From: a virus
IMG/VR virus record: IMGVR_UViG_3300023181_000028
Coordinates: 16,012 to 80,011 of that record
Length of the DNA stretch: 64,000 bases
Strand: one strand, 5' to 3'
Below the pieces are notes generated by a model. That model was not told where the DNA came from, ran no database searches, and saw nothing but the letters and a program-made list of their open reading frames with translations. The position numbers and the translations under genes are program-made. Each line of letters starts with the position of its first letter. Within the stretch, counting starts at the first letter, position 1. Of this stretch, positions 55,686 through 63,960 are shown one piece after another.

Positions 55686-56612
55686 TTACAGCATCCAATA
55701 CTGTTCCCACAGCGCGCGGTTAACTTTAAGAGATGTTTCAGCGTCTTTAGTCTCGTGGAAATACAAATGATATTCATCCTTGTTTCTTTCGCAGAAAATT
55801 AATTCGTCCACCTGTCTGCGAACAACCCCAACATAATTTTTAGATAAAGGCTTTCCTTCATTTGCTTTAGCGCAAATATGACTCAACTGTGCAAATGCAA
55901 GGGCGGATAAAGCTTGTTTCTCGGTGCGGTATTGATTTTTAAACCACGGATGAGCTATAGTATTACAAGCTTTTTTAACGTTAAGTTTTGATAAAGCTCC
56001 GTTGGTAAGAAGCTCAATGTAATGCCCCGGCTCAAAACTCTCCTCCCATGTAAACCCTTCCTTACCATCTAATTCTTCTTTAGAGAAGTTATCGAGTAGG
56101 AATTTAAGAATTGACGTGTTAATCAGGCTGTTTGAAGTGACAAGAACGCCAACGCCCGCACTTTCAACTTTCGGCTGACAATTATTCCACATCTCCCGCG
56201 CTGTTTCAAGACTCATAGTGATCGGACGTGAATCTGATTTATTTGGTGAAGACGTAGCGTTAAAATAACCATGACCGTTACCGCATCTCTTTCTAAACCT
56301 ATCCACCCTCTCCGACTGACTCATCTCTTTATCCAAAACAGCATCCGCAATGTAATCACTTCCTAGTTTTTGAGCCACAAAGTCAACTCCCGAAAGCTCT
56401 ATAAACTTGTCGATGGTTAATGCTTTTCCGAATGAAAATTTTAAGCAAGCAAGATCTTTTTCGTTATCTATTCCATAATAACGACCAACATCAAACCCCT
56501 CATATTCTATATGACCCTCTTTATCATTCAAATACCTAATCACAGTATCTTTAAATCTCTGACTTCCGTCATTGCGAACCGACCAGCTCTCTGGTAATCT
56601 GTTTTCTTTCAT
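55686..56612 (-). CDS. hypothetical mosaic protein
   Basis: Start MKENRLPE. Confidence 0.65.
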   Translation of the reverse strand: MKENRLPESWSVRNDGSQRFKDTVIRYLNDKEGHIEYEGFDVGRYYGIDNEKDLACLKFSFGKALTIDKFIELSGVDFVAQKLGSDYIADAVLDKEMSQSERVDRFRKRCGNGHGYFNATSSPNKSDSRPITMSLETAREMWNNCQPKVESAGVGVLVTSNSLINTSILKFLLDNFSKEELDGKEGFTWEESFEPGHYIELLTNGALSKLNVKKACNTIAHPWFKNQYRTEKQALSALAFAQLSHICAKANEGKPLSKNYVGVVRRQVDELIFCERNKDEYHLYFHETKDAETSLKVNRALWEQYWML

Positions 56613-56622
56613 ATTATTTGTT

Positions 56623-56886
56623 TTAAATATAATTTTTAACTGAATAAGCCTCGTAATCATATAGATTTGGCCCATAATGACTCATACCCTCTTTCACTCC
56701 GTAATCTATTATTCCGCCGCTTGTCAAATTTTCACTTTTCCACGACCAATAACCATCTTCCGATCTTTCTGGTAGACTAACCACTTTGCACTTAATGCCT
56801 ATTCCGTATTCATATTCATAATGAACATCGCCAATCTTAATGTTACTCACATTAATACCACCTTTAGTTATCACATTCTTTTTCAT
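56623..56886 (-). CDS. hypothetical protein
   Basis: Directly after ECF-type promoter. Confidence 0.7.
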   Translation of the reverse strand: MKKNVITKGGINVSNIKIGDVHYEYEYGIGIKCKVVSLPERSEDGYWSWKSENLTSGGIIDYGVKEGMSHYGPNLYDYEAYSVKNYI

Positions 56887-56898
56887 ATCCCTAGTTAA

Positions 56899-56924
56899 AC
56901 GTTATACATTACATTAAGGTTTCA
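56899..56924 (-). promoter_or_regulatory. ECF-type promoter
   Basis: TGAAAC-N17-CGT, ATG 12 nt downstream. Confidence 0.65.
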
Positions 56925-58115
56925 TTTATATTCATAAATAATACTCAACCCCTCCGGTCCCGTCACCCTACTCAAAGCCACATACAACTGCTCCTTCTGA
57001 AAGCACGGCCTAGTCAAATCCACAGTCACCTCCTCAAATGTCATCCCCTGGCTCTTATGAATACTCAACGCATAAGCCAACCTTATCGGATACTGCTCAA
57101 TACTCCCCAATTCCTGCAACTCCAAACTACCATACTTATCCGCCAACACATACTCCTTCTTAGTGAAAGTCATCCTATCCAAACTATATTCCTCATTCTC
57201 CACCCTTATAAAGAACCTGTCCTCCCCATTCATCTCCCTCACCACAAAAGTCCCAATCGTCCCGTTAACCAACGGATTATTCTTACTATTCGCCAAATAC
57301 ATTATCCTAGCCCCGTCCTTAACCCTAACCTCACTCTCCAAATTAAAATCATCAGCCTTCACATTCCCATCCACCTTCGCCACAAACACCCATTCCTTCC
57401 CCTCAATCTTTGCCAACCCCTCCTCATTGTATTTCTTTACAGTGCTATTGTAAGGAGCCAAGATAATCCCCTTCTCTCCCTTTCCTATAAACCTCTTAAA
57501 ATAAGGACTCCTCTTCCCATCCCTCACCTTATTCAAAGCCTCTATAAACTCCTCATCACTCTGCCTCAATATCTCATCCAACTCCACATCCACTACCCCC
57601 AACTTCTCATAACACCCCGCATCATAAAACCTATACCCCTCATAACCCTTCAACAAAACACTCCTTAAATTATCATACATAACCGGCGGCAACTGCTTCA
57701 AATCCCCCACAAACACCACCTGCTTCTCCCACAAATCCCCACACCAATTCTTGACCATAGTCCAATTAATCGCATCCAACAAATCCGGCCTCAACATACT
57801 CACCTCATCTATAAAAAACACATCCACAGCCTTTATCATTCTCCTCTTCTCAGTCCTCAAAAAATTAACACTCTTATAATCACTAACCCCAAAAGGATTT
57901 ATAGCAAACATACTATGTATCGTCTGACCGCCTATATTATTAGCAGCTATCCCCGTAGGAGCTATCGCCACAACCTTCTTACCCCTCCTCTTCAACTCCT
58001 CCATCACATCCCTTACAATCCAACTCTTACCCGTACCAGCCTTCCCACTCAAATAACAACTACTGCCACCCAATACCAATTCTCTAAACTCTTCTTGTTT
58101 CTTACTATATCCCAT
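56922..58115 (-). CDS. Pif1/RecD-like SF1B helicase
   Basis: GKAGTGKS, APTGIAA, TIHS, IDEVSM, GDLKQLPPV, RQ, HKSQG.T, QLYVALSR. Confidence 0.92.
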   Translation of the reverse strand: MGYSKKQEEFRELVLGGSSCYLSGKAGTGKSWIVRDVMEELKRRGKKVVAIAPTGIAANNIGGQTIHSMFAINPFGVSDYKSVNFLRTEKRRMIKAVDVFFIDEVSMLRPDLLDAINWTMVKNWCGDLWEKQVVFVGDLKQLPPVMYDNLRSVLLKGYEGYRFYDAGCYEKLGVVDVELDEILRQSDEEFIEALNKVRDGKRSPYFKRFIGKGEKGIILAPYNSTVKKYNEEGLAKIEGKEWVFVAKVDGNVKADDFNLESEVRVKDGARIMYLANSKNNPLVNGTIGTFVVREMNGEDRFFIRVENEEYSLDRMTFTKKEYVLADKYGSLELQELGSIEQYPIRLAYALSIHKSQGMTFEEVTVDLTRPCFQKEQLYVALSRVTGPEGLSIIYEYK

Positions 58116-58126
58116 AAACACCTTAT

Positions 58127-58151
58127 ACCCCATTATTCAAATAAGGTTGCA
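58127..58151 (-). promoter_or_regulatory. ECF-type promoter variant (GGT) for helicase
   Basis: TGCAAC-N16-GGTATAAGG, ATG 11 nt after GGT. Confidence 0.6.
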
Positions 58152-58880
58152 TAAAAATACAAACAAAATTATTTTTTATAAAAAATTTCCCAATGTGAAT
58201 TAATACCACATTCTGATATTATATGAAAGAACGGGGGCGGATACCTATGTAGCACTTTTTCCGTCTTAGAAAAAATAAACCGTGTGGGGGGCTTTGTTTC
58301 TGATGGCAGATCATTTGAGAATTTATTTATCTGTGAATTTATTAACTGAGGTTGCGCGGATAATCAACACACTTGTTAGATCTATTTGACATGTGTGTAT
58401 GCTAAATTATAATTGTGAGCATTACAGAATTTGTAAGGAAATAGATATGCGCTGAATCATTACAGATATTGTAATGAAAGTTAGTATATATGTTATGGAG
58501 ATATGTATAGTAAGTAAGGGATTAGTATATATATTAGCATAATCCTGGTATTATCCGCCAATTATCCCCTCACTATTTATAAAACTGTTAAATATGTTAA
58601 ATATGAGTGGTATCGCGATACTCAACGGTGGACAAAACGCACTTTACCTCCAAATTAGCCTCTATTTTAAGCCTTATTTCTGCCTAATTTCATTCACTAA
58701 CACGTAAATTGATAGATTTTGTGACAAATATTCAAATTAGGACACATGAGGGGTGCATAATACACGCTGATATTTATGTTAGTGATAATAGGGTGTTATA
58801 TGGGTAATTGTGAGGTGTTGGGATGTGGTTGTGGAGTGATATTGGGTTATTGTAGAGTGTTATGGTAATAATAGGTAGCT
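58152..58880. other. non-coding skew-switch region: candidate replication origin or genome terminus
   Basis: Largest gene-free stretch; divergent transcription; GC skew flips. Confidence 0.5.
58422..58474. repeat. paired TTACA-N5-TGTAA palindromes, 38 bp period (pair 4)
   Basis: Sites at 58422 and 58460. Confidence 0.85.
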
Positions 58881-58882
58881 AG

Positions 58883-58908
58883 TGCAACCTTTGTTGTGGT
58901 AGTGTGGT
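58883..58908 (+). promoter_or_regulatory. ECF-type promoter variant (GGT)
   Basis: TGCAAC-N17-GGTATAAGG, ATG 11 nt after GGT; mirror of 58127-58151. Confidence 0.6.
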
Positions 58909-58919
58909 ATAAGGGATAT

Positions 58920-59114
58920 ATGGAGAGATTTGTAGTTATAATGGTTTACGTTTATTATAGTGTTATTAGTGTTAGTGTGATGTTAAGGTTTATGTGTTGG
59001 TGTATTGGGTATAATGGTTTTAATAGTGTTATTGCTAGTATTCTTATTATTAGTAGTGTTATATACTTTAGTGTATTGATGTTATTGTATTTGTTTAGTA
59101 GGATAAGGGATTAA
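58920..59114 (+). CDS. hydrophobic two-TM peptide encoded almost without C
   Basis: ATG placed as at other promoter copies; could be a compositional artefact. Confidence 0.4.
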   Translation: MERFVVIMVYVYYSVISVSVMLRFMCWCIGYNGFNSVIASILIISSVIYFSVLMLLYLFSRIRD

Positions 59115-59354
59115 CATCCGTCGGTATCCGCGCGAATGCAGGTAATAAACTATCAAAATTTAGGCCTATACACTCATTACAGTCTATTTGAGACGCTATT
59201 ATTAATTAGCGATACTGAGGTATTGATAGTAATATAATAGCTTAGAATGAATGTATTTAATTATTTCCTTTTGCCGCTCAAATAAGATCTTTGCCACTCA
59301 TCCTATTCCTTTTACCGTTCGTGTAGTATTTCAATTATGCCCCTTTTTACGATG

Positions 59355-59362
59355 TACCTTTG
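59355..59362 (+). promoter_or_regulatory. sigma-A-type -7 element TACCTTTG (early-like)
   Basis: TAnnTTTG before 59384. Confidence 0.6.
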
Positions 59363-59383
59363 ATTCAAGAAAAACAAAATAAC

Positions 59384-59572
59384 ATGAAAACATACACAGT
59401 ATCAGGATTTAGAATGACAAAAGACACCGACACATGGAAGTTAAATAGAGTTGGTTTTTATACCTCTGTTACGGTCGAATCATCAACAAATAATGTGGAA
59501 GCCCTCGAAAACGCAGCCGCAATTAAAATAAAATCCGATTCTTTTGAAGCTATTAACATACAAGCACATTAA
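59384..59572 (+). CDS. small early-like protein
   Basis: MKTYTV...; A-rich leader. Confidence 0.65.
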   Translation: MKTYTVSGFRMTKDTDTWKLNRVGFYTSVTVESSTNNVEALENAAAIKIKSDSFEAINIQAH

Positions 59573-59575
59573 ACC

Positions 59576-59731
59576 ATGAAAACATACACTTTTACAATTA
59601 GAGTGGCTTGCGGGCCAAAATCATTTAAAGAGGTTTATAAAACTGATAAAGGCTTACAACACGCCATTGATTCAGTAACCGCAAAATTTAACATATCAAC
59701 ACTATTTATCGATAACATTAACATCAAATAA
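59576..59731 (+). CDS. small early-like protein (51 aa, not in ORF track)
   Basis: MKTYTF...; same first five residues as previous gene. Confidence 0.6.
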   Translation: MKTYTFTIRVACGPKSFKEVYKTDKGLQHAIDSVTAKFNISTLFIDNINIK

Positions 59732-59733
59732 TT

Positions 59734-59922
59734 ATGGTAAGCTGTAATATATGTATTTACTGGACGACTGAGTTCGGATGCGATCACCACCAAACGCCGG
59801 AACAAAAAGAAAATAGAGAAGTCTCTAATATCGTTAAATACGCCAATGGTCGCGACGGTATAAAAGAAACGTCTGACTTTATCGCAGGAATTAAAATAAC
59901 CCTTAAATACCTTAAAAAATGA
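59734..59922 (+). CDS. small hypothetical protein
   Basis: Coupled ORF. Confidence 0.55.
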   Translation: MVSCNICIYWTTEFGCDHHQTPEQKENREVSNIVKYANGRDGIKETSDFIAGIKITLKYLKK

Positions 59923-60158
59923 ACGCAAAATATTTAACTATCGCAGGCCATAAAATACAAAAAGGCGGCAAGTATTACACGGTTCACATTGATACCGGAG
60001 AATTAGCAGAATGCACGGCCCACAATGAAAACAATGTAACATATAACTGCTATTTCAAACACGAACACGAAGCCGTTAGGTTTAGTCAATCGGTTAAACT
60101 AGCTAATGTTTTACACTTATTCATAAGAGAAATTGCAGAAAAACACAGAGGTAAATAG
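59919..60158 (+). CDS. small hypothetical protein
   Basis: Coupled ORF. Confidence 0.65.
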   Translation: MNAKYLTIAGHKIQKGGKYYTVHIDTGELAECTAHNENNVTYNCYFKHEHEAVRFSQSVKLANVLHLFIREIAEKHRGK

Positions 60159-60212
60159 TACGAACGTCCCCACAAACTGACAGACGGTAACAATAAACAG
60201 ACATTCGCATAT

Positions 60213-60220
60213 TACCTTTG
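60213..60220 (+). promoter_or_regulatory. sigma-A-type -7 element TACCTTTG
   Basis: TAnnTTTG before 60244. Confidence 0.6.
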
Positions 60221-60243
60221 ATTAATTAATTAAACTAAACAAC

Positions 60244-60459
60244 ATGAAAAAGTTACTTAAACAATACAACTTCAACTCAGATATGAAATACTTTGAGATG
60301 ATTATCGAAAGCTTTATAAATGGTCAAATAAGCCAAGCTAAAGCACAATTTGCCGCGATGCCTAAAGTTAATCGTCGCGAAATGGTTATAGCGATAACAG
60401 GCAATTGGAATAGCGGATTAAGTCAGGAATATATTAACACATTAATCAATTTAATCTAA
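60244..60459 (+). CDS. small phage protein
   Basis: YF..I.ES.INGQ..QA...F motif. Confidence 0.7.
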   Translation: MKKLLKQYNFNSDMKYFEMIIESFINGQISQAKAQFAAMPKVNRREMVIAITGNWNSGLSQEYINTLINLI

Positions 60460-60564
60460 ACAACATGACAACAGTTAGAAGATACAAAAGCCTTGCTACT
60501 CCAAAGCCAGTGACAAGCCAAACAATTAAAGAAAAGATTATTAACCTGTTAAAACAATACTAAA

Positions 60565-60843
60565 ATGGAAACAAAACACACTCCCGGCCCGTGGAAAGCT
60601 GAAAAGGACAGTCCCAATAAATACTCCACTTGGAGCGTTTATAGTATGGACGGCAAAACGTTTAATGGTTTTATTTGTCAAACCTCCGGCAATTGTGAGC
60701 CGAACGCCAAACTAATAGCGGCAGCCCCTGAATTATTGGAGGCTTTACAAAGCGTTTTTAGTCACAGTAAGGATAATTTATTGCAACTGCCTGAATATCT
60801 TTTTATTGAGATTCAAAATGTGATTAATAAAGCCACTGAATAA
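60565..60843 (+). CDS. phage protein of the KHTPGPW/AAAPELLEAL family
   Basis: HTPGPW...NAKLIAAAPELLEAL. Confidence 0.8.
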   Translation: METKHTPGPWKAEKDSPNKYSTWSVYSMDGKTFNGFICQTSGNCEPNAKLIAAAPELLEALQSVFSHSKDNLLQLPEYLFIEIQNVINKATE

Positions 60844-60901
60844 ATTACACAGACGGTCATATAAAATGATGAGCGGTAATAACAAATAAGATCTTACAAA
60901 C

Positions 60902-60909
60902 TAACTTTG
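60902..60909 (+). promoter_or_regulatory. sigma-A-type -7 element TAACTTTG
   Basis: TAnnTTTG before 60946. Confidence 0.55.
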
Positions 60910-60945
60910 ATAAATAATAATTAACCATTTAAAAAACTAGAATTT

Positions 60946-61500
60946 ATGACACAAGTATCAGAATACACACAGCAAGCGAATGACTTTTTAACTAAAACAA
61001 ACACCACTTTCAAAGCAGAGTTTTTAAAGCACGGCAAGCACTTTGCAGATGACAAGGACACGCGCGACATTTACAAAATTACGCTTGTTCGCGGCTCGCG
61101 TGAATATTCCTTTAATTTCGGGCAAAGTATCAATAATAGTGGAGAGTATCAATTAGTTGAGCATTTAAGAAACAAAGTAATTGCAGAACCTTTAATTAAA
61201 CAGTTTGGCAGTAAATACGCATTCAATAAAAAGGACTTAAAAACTATTTTCTTTCTTACCACAATAAACGAAAAGGAAATTATTAAAAACCCTAATTTCT
61301 CACCCCCGGCCTCATGCGATGTTTTAGCCTGCCTGACAAAATACGATCCGGGAACATTTGAGGACTTTTGCGGTGAATTTGGATATGACACTTACAGCAA
61401 AAAGGCCGAAAAAACATACTTAGCAGTTAAGGATGAATGGTTAAACATGTCCAGACTGTTTAATGACGACGAATTGTCACAATTACAGGAAATACAATAA
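60946..61500 (+). CDS. hypothetical phage protein
   Basis: F.FGQS, P...DVLACL, FEDFC.EFGYD..S.KA. Confidence 0.8.
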   Translation: MTQVSEYTQQANDFLTKTNTTFKAEFLKHGKHFADDKDTRDIYKITLVRGSREYSFNFGQSINNSGEYQLVEHLRNKVIAEPLIKQFGSKYAFNKKDLKTIFFLTTINEKEIIKNPNFSPPASCDVLACLTKYDPGTFEDFCGEFGYDTYSKKAEKTYLAVKDEWLNMSRLFNDDELSQLQEIQ

Positions 61501-61555
61501 TGCGCCACCTCAACACAATATACAGACGAATTAAATACTATCTAAAATCAATATT

Positions 61556-61765
61556 ATGACACGTAAAGAAGGAATAACAACAAGCTACCAAGAGCGAACA
61601 AAAGACCCAGGACAGCCGCCGGAATCACTTTATTCGGCTGAATATAACAACTACACAGAGCAATGTATATGTTATTGTAACGAACAACCCAAGACATTTA
61701 AAGAATGGCTCAATGAAAACATAAAACCCCTTACAAGATCTGTAAGGAAATCAATAAATAATTAA
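61556..61765 (+). CDS. small hypothetical protein
   Basis: EY..Y......PKTF.EWL. Confidence 0.6.
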   Translation: MTRKEGITTSYQERTKDPGQPPESLYSAEYNNYTEQCICYCNEQPKTFKEWLNENIKPLTRSVRKSINN

Positions 61766-61783
61766 TCATTACAAAAACTGTAA
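61731..61783. repeat. paired TTACA-N5-TGTAA palindromes, 38 bp period (pair 5)
   Basis: Sites at 61731 and 61769. Confidence 0.85.
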
Positions 61784-61787
61784 GACT

Positions 61788-61949
61788 ATGAGAAAAGCAA
61801 TAGGAGCAAGTTTAATATTAATCGCATTTATTTCATTAATATTAATGCAAGCCTACGAAATTGGAATGATAAATGCGCTAATTTGCTTGGGAGCGGCATT
61901 AATATTTTGCGGAATAATAGCCTTAGGGGCATATTTATTAACAAACTAA
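61788..61949 (+). CDS. two-TM small membrane protein (53 aa, not in ORF track)
   Basis: MRKAIGASLILIAF...GAYLLTN. Confidence 0.6.
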   Translation: MRKAIGASLILIAFISLILMQAYEIGMINALICLGAALIFCGIIALGAYLLTN

Positions 61950-61960
61950 AAACAAATAAC

Positions 61961-62131
61961 ATGGAAAAACTTAAAAGACTATCCCGCACAGAATTAAACG
62001 AACTCTATTTTAATGAGTTCGGCCTGCCAGCAGATCACCACAGTATTGATAAAGTGTTAGCTGCACTGTATTATGGCAAACGTATTAAGTACTTAACAGA
62101 AGAAGAAATATTTAATATCTCAGAGCTATGA
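61961..62131 (+). CDS. small hypothetical protein
   Basis: Start MEKLKRL after A-rich leader. Confidence 0.6.
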   Translation: MEKLKRLSRTELNELYFNEFGLPADHHSIDKVLAALYYGKRIKYLTEEEIFNISEL

Positions 62132-62298
62132 AAGAAAAATTAAAAGAACACCTAAAAACAGAGTTTCAGGCCGCATTAAAAGAAATGCCACGCCTAACAT
62201 GGTCAGAATTTTTACAAGGATGTATTGACCTTGCAAATTCCAAAGGGTTCAAAACGACTGCCGATATAATCGAAGAAATACTAAAAGAATCATTTTGA
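62128..62298 (+). CDS. small hypothetical protein (56 aa, not in ORF track)
   Basis: ATGA overlap; MKEKLKEHL... Confidence 0.6.
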   Translation: MKEKLKEHLKTEFQAALKEMPRLTWSEFLQGCIDLANSKGFKTTADIIEEILKESF

Positions 62299-62333
62299 AC
62301 TAAGGACAACTAACGCAATTTTTAACCAATAAA
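62294..62333 (+). repeat. ~40 bp intergenic direct repeat, copy 1
   Basis: 35/41 match with 63017-63057. Confidence 0.8.
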
Positions 62334-62345
62334 TAACCAGAAAAC

Positions 62346-62642
62346 ATGACAAATCCAAGAATTAAAGCCGTTTTAAGACAGGCACACGCAGAATCAATAC
62401 AAGACCAACTTAACTATAAAATATGCCTCTGTGAGGATATTATAAAGGCTAAAAAGGTATTGTGGTCATTCGGCCAGAAACAACACGACGAGTTCACAAA
62501 AGAAAGCACTGCCACCGCTCTATTCGATCAACTATATGACATGGATATTGAGCAATTAACCCTTATTAATAATGGTTATGGCAAACAAATCAATAAATTA
62601 TTAACCCTTAAATTGCAGGCTCAACACTGCGGACTAGATTAA
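62346..62642 (+). CDS. hypothetical protein
   Basis: ORF after repeat. Confidence 0.7.
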   Translation: MTNPRIKAVLRQAHAESIQDQLNYKICLCEDIIKAKKVLWSFGQKQHDEFTKESTATALFDQLYDMDIEQLTLINNGYGKQINKLLTLKLQAQHCGLD

Positions 62643-62644
62643 TT

Positions 62645-62851
62645 ATGAGAACAATAGAAAATCCCCTTGTATTAAGGGAGGGAAATGTGTTAGTCTTAAA
62701 ATCCGCCGCCGGAGAATATGTTTCAAAACATCTAGCTGAAGAAATGTTAAAAGCCCTCTACGATTATTACAAAATATTAGATCATGTGGGGACGTTACCC
62801 GAAAACAAATTAAAAATATTTAATTTAATCTTAAAAGCTAAAGGACAATGA
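62645..62851 (+). CDS. small hypothetical protein
   Basis: A.EML.AL...KAKG. Confidence 0.65.
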   Translation: MRTIENPLVLREGNVLVLKSAAGEYVSKHLAEEMLKALYDYYKILDHVGTLPENKLKIFNLILKAKGQ

Positions 62852-63021
62852 TAGAACTAATCAAAGAAACAGCAACAGACGGCACAATCTGGTGGAAAGT
62901 CAGATATAATAATGAGGTGGTGTGCAGCCCGACAATATACGAAGCGCACGCGCGGAAATATTATGAAGACTTTAAACCTGTGGAGCCTCGATCCGAAATT
63001 GTGGAGAGTAGACACATTTGA
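62848..63021 (+). CDS. small hypothetical protein (57 aa, not in ORF track)
   Basis: ATGA overlap; MIELIKET... Confidence 0.6.
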   Translation: MIELIKETATDGTIWWKVRYNNEVVCSPTIYEAHARKYYEDFKPVEPRSEIVESRHI

Positions 63022-63057
63022 ACTCAGGACAATTAACGTAAATTATTAACTAATAAA
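63017..63057 (+). repeat. ~40 bp intergenic direct repeat, copy 2
   Basis: See copy 1. Confidence 0.8.
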
Positions 63058-63068
63058 ATCTAAGAATT

Positions 63069-63323
63069 ATGAAACAATTAACAATTATTGCTGCACTAAT
63101 ATTAACGTCCTGCGGGCCAAGCAGAGAAGAAATGCTTCGAAATCCAGATGCTTACATTACAAAAGATGGGAAATTTAAAAATCCCGATAAATTAGAACCG
63201 GAATCTACACCGTCCGGAATAAATACCCATACCATTGATGGATGCGAATATATTACATATCACAGATTTGGGCCAGGCGTTTCTATTATTCACAAGGCTA
63301 ACTGTAAAAACCATAAACCATGA
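63069..63323 (+). CDS. small lipoprotein
   Basis: Signal peptide with LTSC lipobox; IDGCEYI...HKANC. Confidence 0.75.
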   Translation: MKQLTIIAALILTSCGPSREEMLRNPDAYITKDGKFKNPDKLEPESTPSGINTHTIDGCEYITYHRFGPGVSIIHKANCKNHKP

Positions 63324-63643
63324 CTAAACAATCATTAGGAGCCTTTATTAAGATACTCCAACAATACCCCGAAAACACCTATTTTCAATGCCCTAAAGAC
63401 ATATTCTGCTTATCAAGCGAAGTAGTGACGCGCGCAGAAGCCAGAAGAAGATTAGCATTAATTGAATACCATTGGAAAACCATAGAAGGAATTGAAACTA
63501 AATTCCATATATGGGGAGAAGACGAATCCACCTTTTGGGATAAGGACAACTTACGCCATATTCCAGTTCATGTTATCAAGATATCTGCCGACAATGAGAA
63601 GATTCAGGAATTTGCTTCTTCAATGAATACGGTGGGAGATTGA
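63320..63643 (+). CDS. hypothetical protein
   Basis: Coupled ORF. Confidence 0.65.
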   Translation: MTKQSLGAFIKILQQYPENTYFQCPKDIFCLSSEVVTRAEARRRLALIEYHWKTIEGIETKFHIWGEDESTFWDKDNLRHIPVHVIKISADNEKIQEFASSMNTVGD

Positions 63644-63960
63644 AAATTAATCACTAACTGATCTAACTTATCTAAGTTGTTAAATATCGGGTGGAGCGTA
63701 ATAGTTTTACCCGATTTTGCTATTGCCCTCTTTTTCTCCAATCTGAATATGCCGGTGTTAAAAGATGTGCCACTCATACCCCCTCTAATTTGCTCAGAAA
63801 GCTCTATTGTAAGCGCTATTGTGTTATTGATAGTGTATTCCATCAGTTTGCAGATCAAAGCCCGCTCAGAAGCTGTTAAATCAAACATGAAGTTTAATAC
63901 ATTCACTTTCTTCTCAATAGAAGATTCTTTTATGGATATTGATTTATTCATAGTTTGCAT
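63604..63960 (-). CDS. winged-helix DNA-binding protein
   Basis: LTASE..L...L, SFN..I.RLEKK..I.K......L.P. Confidence 0.55.
   Translation of the reverse strand: MQTMNKSISIKESSIEKKVNVLNFMFDLTASERALICKLMEYTINNTIALTIELSEQIRGGMSGTSFNTGIFRLEKKRAIAKSGKTITLHPIFNNLDKLDQLVINFQSPTVFIEEANS

Noticed and set aside
57057-58154. Plus-strand ORFs inside the helicase (57057..57668, 57163..57453, 57915..58154)
   Set aside because: Shadow frames favoured by G-depletion of the plus strand; P/L/I/H-biased and antisense to a clear gene
6484-61783. CRISPR array or integron attC interpretation of the palindrome pairs
   Set aside because: Only two units per locus, 15 bp long with variable cores; no cas or integrase gene seen
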